Assembly (NCBI GenBank): GCA_054661495.1 | Contig: BAAFSQ010000169.1 | Span: forward strand, 1 to 21,901 | Direction: 5' to 3' | Source: Zygophlyctis sp. KS116 | Taxonomy: Eukaryota; Fungi; Chytridiomycota | DNA length: 21,901 bases | Shown: positions 1 through 8,400 of the stretch, one piece after another | Numbering within the stretch: position 1 is the first letter of the stretch | How the letters are laid out: each line of letters opens with the position of its first letter | The notes under the pieces: model-generated | What the model saw: the letters and a program-made list of their open reading frames with translations, nothing else | Database searches by the model: none | Told to the model about the DNA's origin: nothing | Program-made: the position numbers and the translations under genes

Positions 1-91
1 ACTTGTGCCACATCTATGACCTATAAAACAGATCTGCGCCACATAAAACTCCTGAACATAAACCTAAATCTTCAACATTGAGCTTTTAGTA

Positions 92-153
92 AAAAACCTA
101 AAAACCTAAAAACCTAACAGAAAAGTGAAATATTTTGAGTAAAGTAAAAACCT
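92..153. repeat. Short tandem repeat (AAAAACCT)x3 at 92-115 plus a dispersed copy at 146-153, upstream of the ATP synthase epsilon gene
   Basis: Read directly: aaaaacct-aaaaacct-aaaaacct. Another aaaaacct lies at 146-153 and a partial aaacct at 60-65. Confidence 0.7.
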
Positions 154-211
154 AACACAAAAAAGAAATAAGCTTTTTCAAAAACCAGAATTAAGCTTTT
201 GTAAGTTTAAA

Positions 212-456
212 ATGTCGTTTTACTGGAGAGAAGCAGGACTAACGTAAGTCCAATATAGTAATTCTAGATATTTAAAATATGCAAACATCTCTGGACGTGC
301 TCTCCGAAATGTTTTAAAGAGTGAAGCTAAAGTTGCAGCTCTAAAAAGAGAAGAATCAATTGCAAAAGCTGCTCAATGGACAGACGGAAAACAAGGAGAA
401 TCTGTAATTTTTTAAATTTTAAATTTTAGAAATTCCTTTCTGCCCAAAAAGAATAA
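212..456 (+). CDS. ATP15: Mitochondrial F1F0 ATP synthase subunit epsilon (64 aa, 3 exons)
   Basis: Exons 212-243, 268-403, 430-456. Introns 244-267 (24 nt, gtaagt..ctag) and 404-429 (26 nt, gtaatt..ttag). Spliced product MSFYWREAGLTYLKYANISGRALRNVLKSEAKVAALKREESIAKAAQWTDGKQGESKFLSAQKE carries the epsilon signature W-R-x-A-G-L-[ST]-Y-x-x-Y...A-L-R-x-x-L-K and the fungal/plant-type W-x-x-G-K-Q tail. If intron 2 is retained the ORF stops at 413-415. Confidence 0.92.
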
Positions 457-1581
457 ATTCTTGATTTTTAATATTTAAATGTCCTTTAGAGAATTGAGAA
501 AATCTAGATTTTTCAATAAGTAGAGGTCTAGACTTTCCAATCAGATACAATTTGTTTTTACTAGTTTCTAATAATTCTTGATTCTTTAGTATCTGATGAC
601 TAAATATATATCCAGTCATGTAAGAATCATAAATTGCTGAATGTTCAATTTTACCAAATTTTAGAGACTCTAGACTTGTTTCTTCAACTTGTTCAACTTG
701 TTCAACTTGCAGTCTTGGTCTCTTGAGTCTTGGTAAATTCTCCAAATTCTCCAAAATTATATCCAAATCATGAGATTGTGGACAATTACTAGACATGGAA
801 CAAAATCCATGGGCTGCATATCTTTCACAATAAAGTTTGTTTTTGGATTTACTAGAGTTTTCCAAAACTTGAACTTGTTCTTGTACTTTTAGTACAGGAA
901 TTGATTCTTGAATCTTAAATTCTAAAAGAGAATCAATTGATAATCTTTCCCTATCATAATTTATAATTGTAATACTTACCATTTTCCAAATAGATATGCT
1001 AGAAAACTAGCCTTTTCTCTAAATTCAAAATCTGCAATATACTTTGTATCATAAATTCCTGCTTGGAACATATCACCAAGATCTGCCATAAAACTACCCA
1101 AGTCTTGCGGTAAATCAGTATACAAAAAAGAGTATAAATACATTAAATCTAACCATCCATTATGAACTACAATGGGAACTTGAAATAATGATTTCCAAAT
1201 TTCAAGTAAAAATGGGTTTTTTGAAGAGCGATCAAGAGATATACCATTCTTAAAGAGATAATTGAAATCAAAATCATTTTTAGCTAAAAAGGAAATTGAT
1301 GCACTAGACATCTTGAAATCATCTCTTGAAAACATTAGGAAATGGAAATTGTGGATTCGGCATTCTTGATCAAATATAGAGAGTCCTAATGCAAGTAATG
1401 TATGATCTTGTACTGTGCTTCTTAGAGCTAAATACCGATCTTGGATATTGGCTTGGCGGATCAATTTGGATTCCCCAAGGCCTGAAAATTCAGTATCAAT
1501 TGACACCATTTTGCATTTGCTGATTAGATCTAGTATAATGGGAGTATACAACTCAAGATTGTCCTTGTAAACCAAATTCAT
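419..1581 (-). CDS. TOE1: TOE1-like CAF1-family (DEDDh) 3' exonuclease/deadenylase with CCCH zinc finger (377 aa, 2 exons)
   Basis: Exons 1581-980 and 950-419. The 29-nt intron 979-951 (gtaagt..atag) joins ORFs 976-1581 and 419-982 in frame. Motifs: SIDTEFSGLG, IVVHNGWLDL, IYDTKYIADF..ASFLAYLF, HSAIYDSYMTG, zinc finger C-x8-C-x5-C-x3-H (CERYAAHGFCSMSSNCPQSH) and KNKLYLIGKSRPL. All are typical of TOE1/Caf1z. Confidence 0.88.
683..709 (-). repeat. Coding 9-bp tandem repeat x3 (QVE-QVE-QVE) in the TOE1 low-complexity linker
   Basis: ttcaacttg at 683-691, 692-700 and 701-709. Confidence 0.85.
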
Positions 1582-1582
1582 A

Positions 1583-3268
1583 CTAGGGTGTATTCTTGAC
1601 TTTTAAAACCATAAAACCAACCAGGCCGGCAAAGGCAAGTCCAGTCACTAAATACATTAAATAACTATGGTCTGATTTGGCTTCTTCAAGGTATAATTCA
1701 AGTTTTGAATTCTTTAGTGCTTCTCTTAAATCACAATCATTATTGATAATCACAAAATCTGATTCATCATCCTTGAATTTAATAGACATGGCTACATTAT
1801 TGTTTGATAAGAGCTGCATAGATTTATATCTAATAGCATAGCCAGTCTTTTCAGAAATAAGTGCCAAGAGATCTGTAAAATTGTGCGAAGTCAAGGAAAA
1901 TCTGTAGATAGTGTCTGATCTTACATCCTTAAGTTTAACTGATACCTCAAGTGTCTTTTTAGGGGATAAAGGATCTTGGCGAAAAGAGTAGGAAGCAGGC
2001 TCGCTAATTTCTGACTCTAATTCACTATAATCGCCTGGAGTCTGCCAAAAAAGATCAAGGACGCCTTTGAGATCCTTCTTGTTTTCATTCTTTCCCATGA
2101 GATAATCAAGCATTGATATAGTCAAAGTACTCACATCAACAAGTCCGACTGGACCTTGCTCATTAACAACGGGTAAATGTAAATAATGTCCAGCTATTCT
2201 AAGATTATGGAAAATTTACCTTTAAGTTTTTGTAAACAATCAAGGATTGATGTTTCAGGAGTAACATGGTCTGGATGAGACGTCATGACTCTGACAATTG
2301 AAGTATTATTTGGATCCAATTGAGCTGCTAAAACTCGAAGAATAATGTCCTTTGTTGTAAAAATACCAGAAACATCTTCTCCTTCTCCAGTTCCCACAAC
2401 TAGAACTGCAGTCGCATGTAGATCCTTCATAAGAACAGCTGCTTCCTTGACATTAACTCGTAGTGTAACTTCAGGGACCAAGTATTCGGGATCCTGGGCA
2501 ACTTTTGCTAAAACAGAGCCAACATCCGGACATCCTTGAATCTGAGTAGAAACATTCTCCAGTAATTCATACCCATAATTTTCATTAATTGTACCAAAAG
2601 CTTGAATAAGTGCATTTTCCTTTTGAGCCTTTAAACTCAACTCATCCAATCGGTCAAATACACATTTTGTAATATCCAATATACCAACAACAGTACATGT
2701 CTCTCCTGAACCATCTTCTGCATGAACTTTTGAGAGTACAGGCAAATGTCTAAATCTCTTCTCCATCATTATTGTTAATGCGTCGTTACGATGTCCGGTA
2801 GCAAGTAAATGAATAGGATTTTTAGTCATTACATTAGAAATAACAGTAGATCTTGCATCCAGACCTTCTGCGACAACCCGATAAGCAATATCCTTGTCAG
2901 TCAAAATACCAACCAACTCTCCCTCCTGATCAACAACCAAAACTGCGTCTGTTCGTTTAGCAGCCATGATATGTACAGCTACTATTATTGGCAAAAACTA
3001 TACCTTGCATTACATTAGAACTTTCTAAAATAACTGATGCTGCAGCTGGTTTTAATGACATGATAGAATTTGGATCAACTGCTTCTGCCCGACGTTTTGG
3101 CGTTAAAACCTCCTTCTTTGACAAGACTTTTTGAGACTATGATTAAGGCAGCATACTTACATATTTTCTCAAACTTTCATCCTTTCTTTTACTTTTAGAT
3201 CTCAAATTATCAGACGGTGAAGATATAACCGTCGATGCTGATGGCGACATTGACTTGTTTGCGAGCAT
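1583..3268 (-). CDS. CBS-domain (two CBS pairs) + PB1 + C-terminal transmembrane protein, Mug70/CBSCBSPB-like (~536 aa, 4 exons)
   Basis: Exons 3268-3161, 3136-3004, 2978-2220, 2193-1583. Introns 3160-3137 (24 nt), 3003-2979 (25 nt; NAGNAG alternative 22 nt) and 2219-2194 (26 nt). Motifs: MAAKRTDAVLVVD..LVGILTDKDIAYRVVAEG, VMTKNP, RFRHLPV, GIFTTKDIILRVLA, GHYLHLPVV..VGLVDV, the PB1 acidic motif IKFKDDESDFVII and a hydrophobic tail YLMYLVTGLAFAGLVGFMVL. Confidence 0.88.
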
Positions 3269-3454
3269 ATTATTTTATCTTTTTACACGCGAAAACTGCT
3301 GATCTGATCAAAATCAAATTGTCTCCGATCAACCATTTTATTAGTCTTTGAAGATTATAGCAGCAGACTCAAATGTTTGTTTCATGAGCTGATTTTTCAA
3401 TAAAATCGGACACATCATAAATTGCCATGTCTGAAAGTGAATTTAGGGCAAACA
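3269..3454. promoter_or_regulatory. 186-bp divergent promoter region between the CBS-PB1 gene and C1D, containing ACGCGAAAA (SCB/MCB/E2F-like) at 3287-3295
   Basis: Head-to-head start codons at 3268 (-) and 3455 (+). The CGCG-core motif is read directly; its function is inferred only. Confidence 0.5.
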
Positions 3455-3784
3455 ATGGATCCATTAGCAAAATTAGCAGATTTAGAAAAAACTATAGACT
3501 CATTAGCTCCATTAGTTGATGACTGTTTAAATGCATCAGATGATGATTTGATTGCATCTAGAAACATACATTTGGCATTTACCCTTAATACATTGTATCT
3601 ATTACACTTGCGATTAACAGGACAATCTCTTAAAGGACATCCGATCAGAGAAGAAATTACCAGGATAAAGGAATACTTTAGAAAACTTGAGAATGATAAA
3701 GGTAATTTACTTAATCTGATTATAGCAAATATGAAAATTGATAAGGATGCTGCAAAGAGATTTATAAAGGGAGCATTAAAGTGA
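3455..3784 (+). CDS. C1D: C1D/Rrp47(Lrp1)-like nuclear exosome cofactor, Sas10/C1D domain (~101 aa spliced)
   Basis: ATG at 3455 (the ORF track starts at an upstream TTG). Motifs LAFTLNTLYLLHLRLTG..HPIREEITRIKEYFRKL and KIDKDAAKRFIKGAL are C1D-family signatures. Probable 24-nt in-frame intron at 3702-3725 (gtaatt..cttaat..atag). Confidence 0.88.
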   Translation: MDPLAKLADLEKTIDSLAPLVDDCLNASDDDLIASRNIHLAFTLNTLYLLHLRLTGQSLKGHPIREEITRIKEYFRKLENDKGNLLNLIIANMKIDKDAAKRFIKGALK

Positions 3785-4010
3785 TTTTTCGTTTGTTTAA
3801 TAAAATACTTTTGCTGTTTCTAAGCTGATTATTAAGATTATAAATTTCATAGACGTATCATGGAATATTGTACATAGGCTTAATGGCGCTCAAGCTCTTA
3901 ATTTAATAGTCGATGATTTACATGACTATATCCCTCAGTATTTAAGTGATTTATGAATCATCAAAAGGCAATGTACAAAAAACAATCATGGATAAGTCAA
4001 AAATGATCTA

Positions 4011-4674
4011 CTAAAAAATGAACACTCCAGTCAAAAATAGTAAGCCCACAGAAAATGTAGAGACAGATGTTGCACCTCCAGTAAGCGGTTTCCCAGCCTT
4101 TTCGCATTCGGATTTCAAATAATCAGAGCCATTTTCTTTGAAAGGTTCCTTATTATTACCTGCGCAAGTTGTGGATTTGTTTAAGCTAACAGATTAGTAT
4201 GATTTATTTAATTTACCAATCAGAAAACCCAGAATAGCGGGGACACATACAATCCAATGAGTTATTTAACGAGTTAAGTCCGATTGTATACTTGATGTTG
4301 CATGGTTTTAGAAAAGAATTGTCATAGCAAGTGAGAGATTCTTTTTGACATGGTAAATTATCGCATGAATCTCCAGTTGCATTCGATGAAATGTACTGCT
4401 GTTTGGTAGCATCATCACATGGAAGTTTGTTAATACTATAATTAGAGGTAATGTGAAATTACCAATCTTTGAATGTGTTTTTAATGGAGCAAGTACAGTC
4501 TAGTCTTTTGAATATATCAGCAATAGTCTCCTCAGTGGTAGATGCAGTATAACAGCTTTGGCGAACAGATTGTGAATATGCATCAAGGCAAGCACTATTA
4601 CCTTGCGAACAATCATCAGACTGAGGGATCGTTTGAGATAAAATCATAGCTGGAATCATGAGAATGGCAAACAT
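4011..4674 (-). CDS. Secreted, probably GPI-anchored cysteine-rich surface protein with two tandem 8-Cys (CFEM-like) domains (201 aa, 3 exons)
   Basis: Exons 4674-4463, 4435-4217, 4185-4011 (606 nt, in frame). Introns 4462-4436 (27 nt) and 4216-4186 (31 nt, with tactaat branch site). N-terminal hydrophobic signal MFAILMIPAMILS, 16 Cys in two repeats each containing LDC-x-C-x5-F-x-D-C-x-NK, and a C-terminal small-residue stretch plus hydrophobic tail (TGGATSVSTFSVGLLFLTGVFIF). Confidence 0.8.
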
Positions 4675-5455
4675 ATTTTCTTATTTTTTTGATAGACTTA
4701 GCGCCACATCAACAAGGACCGAAGGGATTGTCCGAAACCAACTCAAGCGTAAAAATATCACTTTGATAAGATTGATTTCCCACTGGCAAGGATGAGTTTC
4801 CGTTTGAAGAGCTGATTTTGAAGATCTGGCCTGTGGTCGAGACACCAGCTCACGAGTAAATTATTGCAGGATTGAACATCTTATCTATGAGAGAGTGTCT
4901 TTAGAAACCACTGCTAGTTTCATATTTATTAATACGAAAAGATACCAATTACTAAAAATCAAACGTATCCATGGATAAAAATGAGAAGTTAATGTATATT
5001 GAAAATAATGAACAACTATTTTCAAAAACTACAAATTGAGAACTGCGGCCAAAGATAATAAGCTCACTGAATATGCAGACTCATACTTTGCATTTCTGCA
5101 GTTCAAACAACTGATAAATTTAGTGAATTATCTGACGTGAATAAAAAAAAGATCTGCTAAGAAATGAATATGGGCCGGTTCATTATGTAGCTATGAATGT
5201 ACTTGAGCAGTTTGTGATTGCGCTATTACTTCAATGGAAATAAATCACCGATCGCCATAACGAGAGAAGGGAAAATGTATCAATCATTGATACTTCTGAT
5301 TGTCGGACAACTGTTCAAAAGATGGGTTTATGTTAAAAGGATGTAGTCTTCTAGGGCGACAATCTTCTTTGTATTCATGGATGGGATAAGTGATCTTCTC
5401 GTGGTTCAGCGTCATTCCGAAACAATGTCATTATCAGAAAATATATATTTATTTT

Positions 5456-8400
5456 CTACTCTGGAGAACATAATAGACAAACTCCTGCAAGGATCCATTT
5501 TTGAGGTCTTTCCTTGGTTTTCAGATTAAATGTCCAAATAAATGTGGGTCCACGGGTCCTTGTTCTGTACAATGGACACTCGAAAACACCTTTGGTTTCT
5601 TTTTTATCAATAGTCATTGCCTTGATATAAATGACTGGCATAGCAGGAGTCAAATCCTTGAGTAAAGATTCCTGAATCATTCCAGATCCTGTATCCCAAC
5701 GAGCACCTTCCATAAATAATCCATGGACATAGGCACCTTCTCTGGGAGCTCCTGAAAACTCCTCACGATTCTTTTTTGTCACATCAACTGATAATATCAT
5801 TCGGTCTAAAGGCCATTCATTTTTTCGGGCAGTAGTCTGCATGATAGCCGTTAAGAAGGACTGTGGATTGAACAATCCCGACAGCCAAACTACAGAAGGA
5901 AGTTGGAATTCAGCAACCCACATTTCTAATTCTTTCACTCGAATTAAGAGATCAGCATACCAAGACGCTAAAGGTTGAAGGGAAGGATATGCATATTTTT
6001 CCCATCGAATAGGGACTTCATTCAAATAGATGGAATTCATGAGGTTTTCCATGTTTTCTGTAATAGTAAGATCCCCCTTTAAACCCAGATCCAATTCCTT
6101 CAAAGATTTTCTGATTTCTGTTGTTAAAATTGACATTCTGTCACATTCTTGGAGAGCTACCGATATATATGGAGTTCTTTCTTCCACTCGAGCCATTAGT
6201 TCCGGCAAATTGAAATTTTCTGGCAGCTTTTCAAGAATCTCGTCAAGAACTGCCTTCACTTTCTCTTCTTTTGAAGCTCCAGCAGCACTAGTAGCTTCCT
6301 TAGGTTGCATTTCAAGAATAGTCTTGAAAAGTTTATCTGCCATTTTAGATAAGACACCGATTTCTGCATTTGTATGAAGCCCGTACAGAGAAGGTGATTC
6401 TTGTGGAAGATTGTCATCTATATACTTATGATAGTCTTTGATATCAAGAGAAGGTGGCTGCTGGAATCCTGGGGCAAGCTCAAACCCACTCTCTAGCATT
6501 TCTTCCCTTAGATATACTTCGAGATAGGCAGAACAAAGTCGGCGATCCCAATCATCAGAAATATGCCCTCCATACATGATTTCACCAAAAATGTATCGCA
6601 AGTCGGCCCATGGTACTTTTGAAAAGGTTTCCAAATAGTTAAATAGGACATCCGCACAGATCATCAAATCTCCAGTGCTGAAGGGATATCCCTTATTCCA
6701 GCCTTGAGTCCCAAACTTTCTTCGTTCGAGAACTACAGCATGGAAATAAGTTAAAGCAAAGGTGATCGCCCTGAATTCAGCATCTTTCGAGCATCTTTCT
6801 AAGTTTTCTTGAGTAAAATTATCCAAAGCCCTATGAATATTCGCTTGCATTCCAGTAGGAGGTTCATTCGTGATCTTAATTGAAGCTTGTAGAATTGAAG
6901 TAGGGATAATGTGGTAAGCGGGATCTCCTGCAGGTTCAGCAGACAAATACACTCGGAAATCAGGATGAGCTCCGACTGATAAAGCTTCTAACTTTTTCTC
7001 CAAAGTAGGCAGCCATTTGGCGACCAAATGAATGTTTTCCAACATAACCCAGCCGCCATCTTTGTAAGCTATATCTAATTTCTGCTCAGCAATCACTTCC
7101 TGACCTTGTCCAAGCGAGACGTTATGGAAGTTTTTATTATCTTCGGTGATTCCGTAAGATCTACCAACTGCTTCGACTTCTTTGACAGGGTCGACTCCAG
7201 GAGAGAGAATAAAAAAAATAGGAGTAGACGGTGAGCTCTCCAAGTATGATTTAGAAAGAGGAATACGTGCAGAGTCAACATATCTCTGTCCCATTTTTGA
7301 TCCCACAAAATTACTTATAGCATATGTCATTCTATCAGGTCTCAAGCATCTTAAAATGCATAGCTTTTGGAGTGATGTCTTATTTTTCCATTCTTGTGGT
7401 AACTTTTCATTTTCGGGGGCCTCGTTCTCACAATACTTTTTCCATTGCTTAGCTGATCCTTCGATATCAGAAGCCAGAGACCGAAAGACCTCTAATTGAG
7501 ACAATGATTTGACCATGGCCCATGATGAATGGGGAAGCCAGTCCATTGTGCTTACAGCTCCAACTGCTCTAGGTCCTCTTAACAAGAAATCAAGTTCTAC
7601 TAAATCAATTTCTTCTTGAGCCATCATAATCTGGAAAACCATTTGTGCTGTGAAGATTAACTTGTCACGTTCAAATAATCCTCTTGTAGTATAAACATAA
7701 ACCATGTATGTGATTGATTCAATCAAGTTATTAGCTCTTTCTTTGATATCTTCGCTTGCTTCAGCTCTATTAATTGCATTCATAAACACAACTTTGTACG
7801 AATTTAAAGAATACTGATACATTGGATGAATTTTGAAAAGGTCATTAAGCAAGAAATACAATAATGATGATCGACCCGCTACGGGACGATAGAGTTCACG
7901 GGTCTCATTGATCTTCTTCTCGGTTTTCTTTGCTTCCTCAACCTTTTGTTCAATTTCAATCGCTGTCTTTTTAGTTATTTCCAAATTTTCCACAAGCGCT
8001 GTATCTCCAAGGAAGTTGCCTTGGGCTGATGATAGCCTAAACAGTAATGCATCTTCCAATTCTGTTAGCTAGATATTAAAATAAACTAAAAATACTCTAA
8101 TTTTGAATTCATTCTGTTGTTTTGTTAATTCTGCTTTCGTGGCTTCCAGATCGGGACGTTCACTATTAACAACATCTGCAAGAAGCTGGTCTTCTAATCC
8201 GGATAACGTGACTGTAAAGTTTATCAGAACAGTTTGGGCTTGAATTTCCGGAGGATAACTATTAATAGGTGAATAAAATCTTACTGTGGATTTGATCGAC
8301 GGGTTTGCAAAATCAATTTAAATTTAGGATCATATTCCACTTCTTTGTCTCCCATTTTAATATATCGTCCCTTCTTAATGGTTTCCCGTCCCAAAATTGG

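Noticed and set aside
201-211. gtaagt donor-like word just upstream of the ATP synthase epsilon ATG
   Set aside because: The next AGs lie inside the conserved WREAG coding motif, and splicing there would delete the start and signature residues.
2345-3018. Plus-strand ORFs 2345-2539 and 2809-3018
   Set aside because: They are antisense shadows of the CBS-domain exon with no independent evidence.
3422-3454. ORF-track N-terminal extension of C1D starting at TTG
   Set aside because: This is a eukaryotic gene. The first ATG, at 3455, is in an A-rich context and gives a normal-sized C1D.
3911-3965. Possible C/D snoRNA: cgatga plus ttatgaatcatcaaa, which from memory is complementary to a stretch of fungal 18S rRNA
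   Set aside because: No CTGA D box follows the putative guide, the C box is imperfect and there is no terminal stem. It is likely chance in AT-rich DNA. An Infernal/snoscan run would settle it.
4755-4900. Faint U3 snoRNA-like order of motifs (CCAC..GATGAG..AGAGCTGA)
   Set aside because: The box A/A' match is poor and I found no convincing box C/D pair or terminal stem. It is kept only as part of the unexplained spacer.
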